Assembly: GCA_020629675.1 (NCBI GenBank)
Contig: JAHDCW010000002.1
Coordinates: 1 to 56,832, forward strand
Length of the DNA stretch: 56,832 nucleotides
Origin: Minisyncoccota bacterium
Lineage (GTDB): Bacteria; Patescibacteriota; Minisyncoccia; Moranbacterales; GCA-2747515
Reading direction: 5' to 3'
The notes beneath the pieces were generated by a model. That model searched no databases, was not told the DNA's origin, and saw only the letters and a list, made by a program, of their open reading frames with translations. Each line of letters begins with the position of its first letter. Within the stretch, counting starts at the first letter, position 1. The translations under genes were made by a program, and so were the position numbers. Positions 38,733 to 47,376 of the stretch are shown here, piece after piece.

Positions 38733-39509
38733 ATGAGTCTATCAGATAAAGATCAGCAGATGCAATTTGGTGCCTCTACATCAGGGGAGTTGTGGCGTAA
38801 TATTTCTGGAAAATATAACAAGGCTGATTCCGCAGACGGTACAGAAGAGGTTGTTGTGGATGCTGACAAAATTGAGGAGGTGCTTGAGGAGATGACGGCA
38901 GCAACACAGAAGCCGCAAACAACTGTAAAATCCTCTTTTGCTGAAGATACTGTGCACCGTATTGTGCCTGGGCAGCCAGTGCTTGTGATCGTGGATGATA
39001 ACCATAAAATCCGTTCTGAGTACGCGGAGATTTTTGGGCGCTCTGGATTTAGTGTTGTTGAGGCTAATGATGGTTTAGAAGGTCTTGATCGGATCAAGAA
39101 GATGAAACCTGATGCGATTTTGACGGGTATCGATATGCCGCGGATGGATGGTTATACACTAGTGGAGTCAGTTAAAAAAGATGTGGAGTTATCACGTATT
39201 CCGATCTTTGTTTGCTCACATCAAGGTGATATGCGAGATCGCGAAAAAATGCAATCACTGGGCGTGCGGGACTTTATATTGCATGGCTACATGTCCCGCG
39301 AAGAGATTATCGACCGGATTGCAGTTGCAATCGAAGAATCTGAGGGGTATATCGTACGTATTGACGGTAGTGATCATATTACACAACACTTTATAAAAGA
39401 GCATGTTAATGCGGTGATCTGCCCAGAGGAGCATACCTTTGCCCTCTCTCTTAAGCGCAAGGAGGCAGGAGCGGGGTTTGATGCGCATGTGATTTGCGTT
39501 CCTAAATAA
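38733..39509 (+). CDS. Atypical response-regulator receiver protein
   Basis: VIVDD, EANDGLEGL, PDAILTGIDMPRMDG, IPIFVCS; acidic N-terminal extension. Confidence 0.85.
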   Translation: MSLSDKDQQMQFGASTSGELWRNISGKYNKADSADGTEEVVVDADKIEEVLEEMTAATQKPQTTVKSSFAEDTVHRIVPGQPVLVIVDDNHKIRSEYAEIFGRSGFSVVEANDGLEGLDRIKKMKPDAILTGIDMPRMDGYTLVESVKKDVELSRIPIFVCSHQGDMRDREKMQSLGVRDFILHGYMSREEIIDRIAVAIEESEGYIVRIDGSDHITQHFIKEHVNAVICPEEHTFALSLKRKEAGAGFDAHVICVPK

Positions 39510-39552
39510 ACTGCCTACGGTAATTGCGATGGGTCTGCTATGATAATGATAT

Positions 39553-41268
39553 ATGGAATGGACGCTGCATGAACGAGGGCGACACATCGCCGATAAAGAT
39601 ATCTCTATTGATGAGATTCTAGAAATTTTAATGGCAATTAGAGGAGTGGACGCAGAACAAGCCGCTTCTTTTTTGTCTCCTGATTATGACCGTGACACAC
39701 ACGACCCTTTCTTGTTTCAAGAGATGGAAGCCGTGGTGGAGCGACTACGCGCAGCAAGTGAGAAGGGTGAAATGGTTGGTGTGTTTGGTGATCATGATGT
39801 AGATGGTGTGAGTGCGACGACATTGATGGTTGAGGGTCTCGAGATGATCGGTATTCAGGCACAGTCCTATATTCCTTGCAAAAACGAAGAGGGTCATGGG
39901 GTAAATAAAGCAGCGATTGATCAGTTTGCGGAGGTAGGTGTTACGCTTATGGTCACTGTGGACTGCGGTATCGGAGATGTGGAAATGGTCGCGTACGCGC
40001 GCTCATGTGACATAGAAACAATTATTGTCGACCATCATCAGATCCCAGAACGACTACCAGAGGCGTATGCGATAATTAACCCTCACCTTGCGGATAGTGG
40101 GTACCCATTTAAGGATTTGTGTGGCGCTGCATGTGCCTTTAAGGTGGTGCATGCACTTTGTGTACGGCTAGCTCCAGAGAAGGTAGAGCAGCTTAAATGG
40201 CTACTGGATATCGTGGCAATTGCGACTGTAGCAGACTGCATGCCACTTATAGGTGAAAATCGGGCGTTTGTTGTTTATGGATTACTGGTGCTCTCCAAGA
40301 CGCGGAGGGTTAGTTTGCAGCAAATGATTAGTGTGGGGGAGATGGATATTGGTCCGCATAACATGCCAGATGCGCACACGATTGGCTTTCACATTGGACC
40401 ACGACTCAATGCAGCTGGTCGAATGAGTCATGCGCGCGAAGCATATGATTTTCTCGCAGAAAAAGATCCTGCGATGGCGCGTGTGCGAGCACTTGACCTT
40501 GAAGAAAAAAATAAAGAGCGCCGTAAATTAACAGATAAAATTCTTCGGCATGCTACTAAACAGATTGATGCGCTACTCGCAGAGGATGAGAGCATTGCTT
40601 TTTTGTGCATTAAAGATGAGAGTTACCCGATTGGTATTGTAGGTATTGTAGCTGGACGGCTCACGCGACAGTATGGCCGGCCGGTTGGTATTTTTCGCGA
40701 GGAAGGAAAGGTGGTGCGAGGTTCATTTCGTTCTGTGGAAGGCCTTGATGTGGTGAGGATTCTCCACAACGCTAAGGATTTTCTGGATAAATATGGTGGT
40801 CATGAGGCGGCTGCAGGTGCACAACTTTCCGTTGATCAGTTTGAGGGTTTTTGTGAGTGTGTCGATCAGGCGACACGTGCATTATTGGATGATCAGGCTG
40901 ATTTTGCCCCAGTACATGTAGTGGATATGAGGCTGTCAGCTCATGTGATTTCAGAGGCGCTTGTTGATGTGATCGAAAAAATGGCACCTTATGGTGAAGG
41001 TAATGTAGAGCCTTTGATATGGTTTGAGGGGTTGACGGTCCAGTCTGCGCGTCCAGTGGGAAAAACAGGAAAGCATCTTAAATTGGTCTGTGGTGTCATT
41101 AACACACCGGTCGTCATCGATGTGATTGGATTTGATTTTGGCAAGGATGCCGATGAACTCTTGCCAGGTGTTACAGTTGAGGTTCTGGGCGGTCTCTCGT
41201 ACAATGAATGGCAAGGGCGCCGTACGATCCAAATTATGATGCGAGACTGGCGTCATGTGAACACATAA
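39553..41268 (+). CDS. recJ: ssDNA-specific exonuclease RecJ
   Basis: GDHDVDG, TVDCG, DHH, ATVAD, GPRLNAAGR, GGHEAAAG, PYGEGN. Confidence 0.97.
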   Translation: MEWTLHERGRHIADKDISIDEILEILMAIRGVDAEQAASFLSPDYDRDTHDPFLFQEMEAVVERLRAASEKGEMVGVFGDHDVDGVSATTLMVEGLEMIGIQAQSYIPCKNEEGHGVNKAAIDQFAEVGVTLMVTVDCGIGDVEMVAYARSCDIETIIVDHHQIPERLPEAYAIINPHLADSGYPFKDLCGAACAFKVVHALCVRLAPEKVEQLKWLLDIVAIATVADCMPLIGENRAFVVYGLLVLSKTRRVSLQQMISVGEMDIGPHNMPDAHTIGFHIGPRLNAAGRMSHAREAYDFLAEKDPAMARVRALDLEEKNKERRKLTDKILRHATKQIDALLAEDESIAFLCIKDESYPIGIVGIVAGRLTRQYGRPVGIFREEGKVVRGSFRSVEGLDVVRILHNAKDFLDKYGGHEAAAGAQLSVDQFEGFCECVDQATRALLDDQADFAPVHVVDMRLSAHVISEALVDVIEKMAPYGEGNVEPLIWFEGLTVQSARPVGKTGKHLKLVCGVINTPVVIDVIGFDFGKDADELLPGVTVEVLGGLSYNEWQGRRTIQIMMRDWRHVNT

Positions 41269-41277
41269 CAATTTCCT

Positions 41278-42075
41278 ATGTATATATTATTATCACCTGC
41301 AAAATCACTCGACTATACGCGAGAGCACGAACTTAATGCGGTGGGTCAGATCGCGTCTTTTATGGAGAAGACTGCGCAGCTTCATGAAGTGCTTCGAGCG
41401 TACTCGGCATCTGAGTTAGAGCAGCTTTTTCACGTGTCACCAAAGATTGCAGAGCTTAACTATAATCGTTTTCGCGATTGGTCGACTGATTTTTCATCAC
41501 AGTCCCTTGAGGGAGGCGAGTATCCTTTTTTGCCAGCAATTCTTGCGTTTACGGGCGATGTTTATCGTTCTTTTGATCTTTCTTTGCTGACTTGTGTAAA
41601 AAAAGAGGTATACGATCGAAGGGTTGGGATTCTGTCTGGGTACTATGGCATCCTCAGACCTTTTGATTTTATGAAGCCGTACCGACTTGAAATGGGGACG
41701 CGAATGAGTTTTGATATTGCTGGAGATCATTATGGTAATTTATATGATTTTTGGCGTTCGCATGTCAGTACTGCAGTGGAAAGGCACGCCGGTAAGGATG
41801 GAGTCATTAATCTCGCATCACAAGAGTACAGTAAAGTGGTTGATCGAGAGGTGATATCTGGACCCTTTGTGGATGTTGATTTTAAAGTGGATAAAAATGG
41901 CGCGCTTAAAACAATCGGTATATATGCAAAAAAAGCGCGTGGATTGATGGCACAGTGGCTTGTGGAGAATGATTGCATGGATGTCACGTCAGCATCGGCA
42001 TTTGCTGAAGATGGGTGGCACTATAGTGAGGATGATAGTGGTGTGCATAAAATGGTATTTATTAAGAAAGTTTAA
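41278..42075 (+). CDS. yaaA: YaaA (DUF328) peroxide-stress/DNA-binding protein
   Basis: LSPAKSLD, FTGDVY, SGYYGILRP, PYRLEMG, NLASQEY, AKKARG. Confidence 0.95.
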   Translation: MYILLSPAKSLDYTREHELNAVGQIASFMEKTAQLHEVLRAYSASELEQLFHVSPKIAELNYNRFRDWSTDFSSQSLEGGEYPFLPAILAFTGDVYRSFDLSLLTCVKKEVYDRRVGILSGYYGILRPFDFMKPYRLEMGTRMSFDIAGDHYGNLYDFWRSHVSTAVERHAGKDGVINLASQEYSKVVDREVISGPFVDVDFKVDKNGALKTIGIYAKKARGLMAQWLVENDCMDVTSASAFAEDGWHYSEDDSGVHKMVFIKKV

Positions 42076-42077
42076 AT

Positions 42078-42527
42078 ATGGAGAATATTGATATCTATAC
42101 AGACGGTGGGTCGCGTGGTAATCCTGGAATTGGTGCTTGGGGTGCAGCTTTTTTTGAGGGTGATGTACTTACCGAAACACTTTCGGGAGGCGAGCAACTT
42201 ACAACAAATAACCGCATGGAGCTCACAGCAGCTATCGAAGGGTTGCGTGCAGTGAAAGATGATAGAGGGATACATCTCTACACGGACTCTACATATGTGC
42301 GCGATGGTATAACAAAATGGATTATTGGCTGGAAGCGCAATGGGTGGCGCACTGCTAACAAGAAACCAGTTAAGAATCAAGATTTGTGGCAGGCACTCGA
42401 CGTTCTCGCCAGCGCGAAGCAAGTTGAATGGCACTGGGTTAAAGGTCATGCAGGGGAGCGCGGCAATGAAAAAGCTGACGAGCTATGTAATGAGTATATG
42501 GATAAATTAGAGTCAAAATATAGTTAA
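42078..42527 (+). CDS. rnhA: Ribonuclease HI
   Basis: YTDGGSRGNPG, TTNNRMEL, TDSTY, KNQDLW, WVKGHAG, NEKAD. Confidence 0.97.
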   Translation: MENIDIYTDGGSRGNPGIGAWGAAFFEGDVLTETLSGGEQLTTNNRMELTAAIEGLRAVKDDRGIHLYTDSTYVRDGITKWIIGWKRNGWRTANKKPVKNQDLWQALDVLASAKQVEWHWVKGHAGERGNEKADELCNEYMDKLESKYS

Positions 42528-42545
42528 AAGGAGCAATCTGTATTC

Positions 42546-42578
42546 AGAGGCGCTCATCATGCGCCTCTTTTATTTTTG
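42546..42578 (+). terminator. Intrinsic terminator after rnhA
   Basis: AGAGGCGC...GCGCCTCT followed by T-rich tract. Confidence 0.75.
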
Positions 42579-42607
42579 GTGAGAAATGGCTATTGTATTA
42601 CAATCTA

Positions 42608-42657
42608 TTGACAAAATGAGTAAAAATGTTATAATGATCTGTTATTAGTTTAGGAGG
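42608..42657 (+). promoter_or_regulatory. Consensus sigma70 promoter with extended -10, plus RBS
   Basis: TTGACA (42608)-N16-TATAAT (42630) with TG at 42627; AGGAGG at 42652. Confidence 0.8.
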
Positions 42658-42661
42658 CATC

Positions 42662-43402
42662 ATGTCAAATTGTGATCTAACAATTGTTATACCGACATTT
42701 AATGAAGCGCACAACGTGCGAAATCTTTATCATGCGCTCAATTCCACTCTTGAAATAGAGGAATCTCTGGAGTATTTATTTGTAGATGACAGTACAGATG
42801 AGTTGACGCGGGAGATCATCGAAGAGCTGGCGCAGGAGGATCCGCGCGTACGCTTTATTTTTCGTGAGACCAACTCTGGACTGGCAACTGCAATTGCAGA
42901 GGGGATGGAGGCAGCAAGAGGTGACTATGTTTGTTCTATGGATGCAGATTTACAGCATCCTCCACAGTATATCAACGACCTCTACCGCGCTGTTCGCTTT
43001 GACGGTGCTGATATTGCGGTGGGTTCACGCTATACGAACAATGGATCAGCGCAAGGTCTGACGACTTTTTATCGTCGCATCTCATCACATATTTGCCGTT
43101 ATGCGGCTTACGCCTTACTGCCATCTACCCGTAAGACGACAGATCCGGGGAGTGGTTTTTATATGACGACCAAAAAGGCTGTAGATGCCAAAAAGTTGGG
43201 AAGAATGTTCGGATATAAGATATTGATTGAGATTTTAGTGCGTAATCCTGAGTTAAAGGTAGCTGATGTAGGGTATACCTTTGTGGGGCGTCAATATGAC
43301 ATAAGTAAATCGACATTTCGGCAGGGCTTGCTTTATTTTAAGCATATTGTATTACTAGCCTTGAGTCAGCGTCGGTTGCTTGCTAAAAAAACAAATTTGT
43401 AG
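42662..43402 (+). CDS. Polyprenol-phosphate glycosyl (mannose-type) synthase, DPM1/Ppm1-like GT2
   Basis: IPTFNEAHN, VDDSTD, GLATAI, MDADLQHPP, VGSRY, DPGSGFY, GYKILIEIL; no TMs. Confidence 0.88.
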   Translation: MSNCDLTIVIPTFNEAHNVRNLYHALNSTLEIEESLEYLFVDDSTDELTREIIEELAQEDPRVRFIFRETNSGLATAIAEGMEAARGDYVCSMDADLQHPPQYINDLYRAVRFDGADIAVGSRYTNNGSAQGLTTFYRRISSHICRYAAYALLPSTRKTTDPGSGFYMTTKKAVDAKKLGRMFGYKILIEILVRNPELKVADVGYTFVGRQYDISKSTFRQGLLYFKHIVLLALSQRRLLAKKTNL

Positions 43403-43467
43403 TAAGGTAACATATATAAGTTTGATGTCTCGGGTGAGGCAGGTTTTAAATTGTTAAGTCATCAAAG

Positions 43468-45102
43468 ATGAAGAATCTTTCATTAATTAGCATCTTGTTT
43501 GTACCGCTGTTTTTCGTGGTCAACTTTGCAGATGCAACAGATGTCTCTGTGGGGGGACAATTTCAAAATACAAGTCCTGACGAAGGAACGTCAGTCGTGT
43601 ATGAGTTAGATGTGCAAAACATTGGTCCAGATGAGTCGCGCATTGACTTGGATTTTACCGTGGGTAATCACTTAACCTACGCATCACATATTATCAACGG
43701 TGGGTGTGCGTCAGGTGGCTCAGGGGCATCTACGACAGCGAATGGATTTTCAGTCTCGCAAATCAATGCAGGACTTGGATGTTCATTTAAGGTACTTGTG
43801 ACATTTAATATCTCTGCAAATTCATGCAGTGAAAATACAAATGTAAGCGTCAGTGCTAACTCAACGGTAGATATCGCGCAGTGCTCTCTTGAACTTAACT
43901 GCACTAATAAATCTGGCCTTACCTGTCTCGTAGATGAGCTTAATGAGTTTGGTCAATGTACAGGAACGTTTTGTACAGCGACGGCAACCTCAGCATATGA
44001 TAGTTGTTATTTGCCAACACAAGGAGCGTGTAATGGTGACGCCCAGTGTCTTGAAGATCTCCAGGAAACATGTTACGACGAAGCGCTCGCAGCTGCTCAC
44101 GTGTGCTTGCAAGGTGCGACAATTCCGACAACACCAAGCGTTACAACTGCCACTGATACTGCATCCCTAACCATCAATGATTGTATTCCAATTTCTGTGT
44201 GTGGCGATGGTTTGCCTGGAGCGGGTGAACAATGTGACGATGGTAACAATGTAGACGGTGATGGTTGTAGTGCTAGTTGCCAAATTGAAGTGCCAGTTTG
44301 TGGTGACGGTAAAATAAATCAATCATCTGAGCAGTGCGATGATGGAAATACGGTGAGTGGTGATAAATGTAGTGCCACCTGTGAGATCGAGCAAACAACG
44401 CCAGCTCCAATCTGTGGTGATGGTCAGGTAAACCAGTCATCTGAACAATGCGATGATGGTAATACAGTTAATGACGACAAATGTAGCAATACATGTCAGA
44501 ACGTTGTTGAGCCAACGCCAATGTGTGGCGACGGAACAGTTGATGCAGGAGAGACTTGTGATGATGGTAATACAGTAAATGGAGATGGTTGTAGTGCAAC
44601 ATGTGCAGTAGAGAATGATCAGGTTGATCCCTCTGGCGAACTAGAACAGGCAGAGACATGTTCAGTTGATGACTACGCTGATATTGAGGGTGAGGTGTGG
44701 ATCGATGAGAACAATAACGGTAAGCGAGACAAGGGTGAGCCTGGGATTGAAGACGTCACAGTTTATCTTACAGACCTTGATGGAAACGAGATTGACTCAG
44801 ATGAGACCAATGACGACGGTGAATTTGAATTTAAAAACTATGCACCAGGAGAATATTATGTTGACCTCCAGGAAAGTGATAAGGATCTTGATGGCCTTAA
44901 ATTAAAAGTTGAGGAGGATACAACGCTCAATGGAAAGGATCGTTTTGAGCTGGAGTGTGATGAAGATTACGACGATGCAACATTTGGGTATGTAAGCGAG
45001 GAAAAGAAAGTACACACAGAGCGTCCTCGAACACTTGCAAAAACCGGTGGACCACAGACTGCGTGGGAGCATGTCATGGCACTGATTGCTGCGATTTTCT
45101 AA
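43468..45102 (+). CDS. Secreted/surface protein: DUF11-like Ig, Cys-rich insert, 4 myxococcus-type Cys repeats, SdrD-B-like domain, LAKTG
   Basis: Signal peptide; VVYELDVQNIGPD; 4x CGDG...EQCDDGN...DGCS..C; GEVWIDENNNGKRDKGEPGIEDVTVYL; TLAKTG. Confidence 0.85.
   Translation: MKNLSLISILFVPLFFVVNFADATDVSVGGQFQNTSPDEGTSVVYELDVQNIGPDESRIDLDFTVGNHLTYASHIINGGCASGGSGASTTANGFSVSQINAGLGCSFKVLVTFNISANSCSENTNVSVSANSTVDIAQCSLELNCTNKSGLTCLVDELNEFGQCTGTFCTATATSAYDSCYLPTQGACNGDAQCLEDLQETCYDEALAAAHVCLQGATIPTTPSVTTATDTASLTINDCIPISVCGDGLPGAGEQCDDGNNVDGDGCSASCQIEVPVCGDGKINQSSEQCDDGNTVSGDKCSATCEIEQTTPAPICGDGQVNQSSEQCDDGNTVNDDKCSNTCQNVVEPTPMCGDGTVDAGETCDDGNTVNGDGCSATCAVENDQVDPSGELEQAETCSVDDYADIEGEVWIDENNNGKRDKGEPGIEDVTVYLTDLDGNEIDSDETNDDGEFEFKNYAPGEYYVDLQESDKDLDGLKLKVEEDTTLNGKDRFELECDEDYDDATFGYVSEEKKVHTERPRTLAKTGGPQTAWEHVMALIAAIF
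44200..44607 (+). repeat. Four tandem Cys-rich (DUF4215-like) coding repeats
   Basis: Units start at 44200, 44299, 44413 and 44524 (TGTGG[CT]GA[CT]GG); units 2 and 3 share CA[AG]TCATCTGA[AG]CA[AG]TGCGATGATGG. Confidence 0.9.
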
Positions 45103-45140
45103 ATCCTCGACCGATAGACGTATACCGATAAACTGAAGGG

Positions 45141-45178
45141 AAAATCATCACAAGGGAATTGTTGATGATTTTTTCTTC
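45141..45178 (+). terminator. Internal terminator-like hairpin within the cluster
   Basis: AAAATCATCACAA...TTGTTGATGATTTT followed by TTCTT. Confidence 0.6.
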
Positions 45179-45201
45179 TCTTTTAAGATAAGAATGACAT
45201 C

Positions 45202-47376
45202 ATGGTGAAAAAGACAGACAATAGAAGAGGTATTAGGATAATTGCAGTGTTGCTGTTGACTGGTGCGCTCACCGTAGCGGCATGTTGGTTTGGGTATGCG
45301 TACCTTACAGGCTCTAGTATTCCATCGGAGGATTTTACTGAGCAGGTTGTGGGAGCCAATCCAAGTGATGTGCTAGGTGAAAAAGATGATCCTGCAACAA
45401 CTGACAATACCCCCAAAGAAATAGATGTTATGGACGTATCAACACTTAAGCAGGAAACTGCTTTCACAGAAGGCGTTTACAGTGCACACGCAGGGCCTAT
45501 TGCTACCAACCAATGGTTTACCTCAAACTACTTTCGGCAAGGTTCGGAGAACTTCTTTGGATTTCCGCTAGCGTATAATGTCAGTGAAAACGCTTTTCGT
45601 ATTTCTTACCCGCGGATAAATGTACAGCCCCAAATTATTTTTGGTTCCTTTTCACAAGATGTAGCGCTTGTTTTTGATCGTCCAATAGTGTCTCGCGTAA
45701 AAGCGTACAGTGAGCTTTCTGTTACTTTGGAGCTCAGCAGCGTAGGGACAGAGGAATTGCTTGCAACGATTTATCTGACGCGTGGCTCACTTTATGTAAA
45801 TATATCTTTGACAGAAGCTGGAAGTGGAGTGCTGTGGGAGACACCGGGGACAATCGAACTAACAGGAACAGAGCAAAAGAAGTACCTTACACGCAACAAT
45901 GACACGAAGTTTGCGATTTATGCGCTCGATAATCTTATACTGACCGGCTCTGAAGATCGCAATCAGATTGCTGTTGGAAGTGATTTTGCTGTCGATGGAG
46001 AGCGCTTAGTGGTAGGTGTGTTACCTGAAGGTATGACGTGGGCACAACTTGATCGTTACGCTGCTCAATTTAATATGTCATCAGATTTTACGCTCACATC
46101 AACAGAGGCATCGCGTGTAGATTTTGACAAGGAGACGTACTGGGCTATCTTGCCACATCACCAACAGTCAATTCGTGGCGCTCTCTGCAACCAAGACATG
46201 CGTTTCCAGACAATTCGTGGGGCGATGATTGTCTGTGAGGGAAAGAGTTTTGATTTTATATCAGAGGCCACTGTCCCAGCGGAGCAGATTAACGTAGGCA
46301 CATTCACTGAGGAAGAAAAAGAGGTCCTGCGTCGCCTTGTGCGCGAGGAGACAGAGGCTTTTGCGGATTTTGCAGCTCCTGACACTTATTTTAGAGGAAA
46401 AGAGATCTTGCGTCTGGCGTATCTCTATGATCTGGCAGTTCAGCTAACGATGGATGCCACCTCGGACTCGCTCAAGAGCACTTTGCGACGTGAGTTTGCA
46501 AACTGGCGCACTAATACGATCGTTGCGCCGGATGGACTAAATGGGGAGCAGTACTTTGTTTACGATAATATTATTCGTGGTGTCGTGGGTCACAAGACGA
46601 GCTTTGGCTCTGAGCGCTTTAATGATCACCACTTTCATTATGGCTATTTTGTACATGCTGCAGCGATCATAGCGCGTCATGATGAGAGTTTTGTTGCAGA
46701 TAATGGGGATTTTGTGAATACGCTGGTGAGCGATTATGCAAATATCAACGCATCTAACCAAGACTTCTCATTGGTACGAAGCTTTGATTTTTATGAGGGG
46801 CATAGCTGGGCAGCTGGTGAGTCACTTTTTGGGGATGGAAATAATCAGGAGTCAACATCAGAAGCAATTCAGGCTTATTATGCGGCGTACCTTTGGGCAC
46901 GGACAATTGGTGCAGATGCATTAGCTAATAAAAACTTATGGCTCTTTAATCAAGAAACAGCAAGTGCGCGCATGTACTGGCTTTTGTCAGGTGAAGGTGC
47001 GCCAACGTACGAAGGTTATGAGCCAAGTGCTGTTTCGCTCCTATGGGGTGGTAAGGCTGAGTGGGCAACGTGGTTTAGTGGGGAGCCGGAGGCAAAGCTT
47101 GGGATTCAGCTGATTCCATTTACGCCGGGGAGTACATACCTCAACAAGATTAGTAATGAAAACATCAAACGTCATTTAGCGGAAACAGCTTTTCCAGAGC
47201 AGAAGCTATTCTATGACTTACTTCTCATGTACTACGCAGTAGCTGACCCACAGGATGCAGAGCGCATATTTAGAACCCAGGAAGCAGCAGGTTTATTAGA
47301 GCTGGATGGTGGAAACTCAAAAAGCTACCTATTTGCATGGATTCTTTTTCAAAAGTATGTAGAGAAAAATGATTAA
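45202..47376 (+). CDS. Membrane-anchored GH81 endo-beta-1,3-glucanase
   Basis: PIATNQW, DTYFRGK, FNDHHFHYGYF, RSFDFYEGHSWAAG, GNNQESTSEA, LLWGGK..WATWF, GIQLIPFTP; N-terminal TM. Confidence 0.93.
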   Translation: MVKKTDNRRGIRIIAVLLLTGALTVAACWFGYAYLTGSSIPSEDFTEQVVGANPSDVLGEKDDPATTDNTPKEIDVMDVSTLKQETAFTEGVYSAHAGPIATNQWFTSNYFRQGSENFFGFPLAYNVSENAFRISYPRINVQPQIIFGSFSQDVALVFDRPIVSRVKAYSELSVTLELSSVGTEELLATIYLTRGSLYVNISLTEAGSGVLWETPGTIELTGTEQKKYLTRNNDTKFAIYALDNLILTGSEDRNQIAVGSDFAVDGERLVVGVLPEGMTWAQLDRYAAQFNMSSDFTLTSTEASRVDFDKETYWAILPHHQQSIRGALCNQDMRFQTIRGAMIVCEGKSFDFISEATVPAEQINVGTFTEEEKEVLRRLVREETEAFADFAAPDTYFRGKEILRLAYLYDLAVQLTMDATSDSLKSTLRREFANWRTNTIVAPDGLNGEQYFVYDNIIRGVVGHKTSFGSERFNDHHFHYGYFVHAAAIIARHDESFVADNGDFVNTLVSDYANINASNQDFSLVRSFDFYEGHSWAAGESLFGDGNNQESTSEAIQAYYAAYLWARTIGADALANKNLWLFNQETASARMYWLLSGEGAPTYEGYEPSAVSLLWGGKAEWATWFSGEPEAKLGIQLIPFTPGSTYLNKISNENIKRHLAETAFPEQKLFYDLLLMYYAVADPQDAERIFRTQEAAGLLELDGGNSKSYLFAWILFQKYVEKND

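Noticed and set aside
44200..44607. Tandem repeats as a CRISPR array or DGR template/variable repeats
   Set aside because: In-frame protein repeats with synonymous-type divergence; no cas or reverse transcriptase gene and no adenine-specific mismatch pattern
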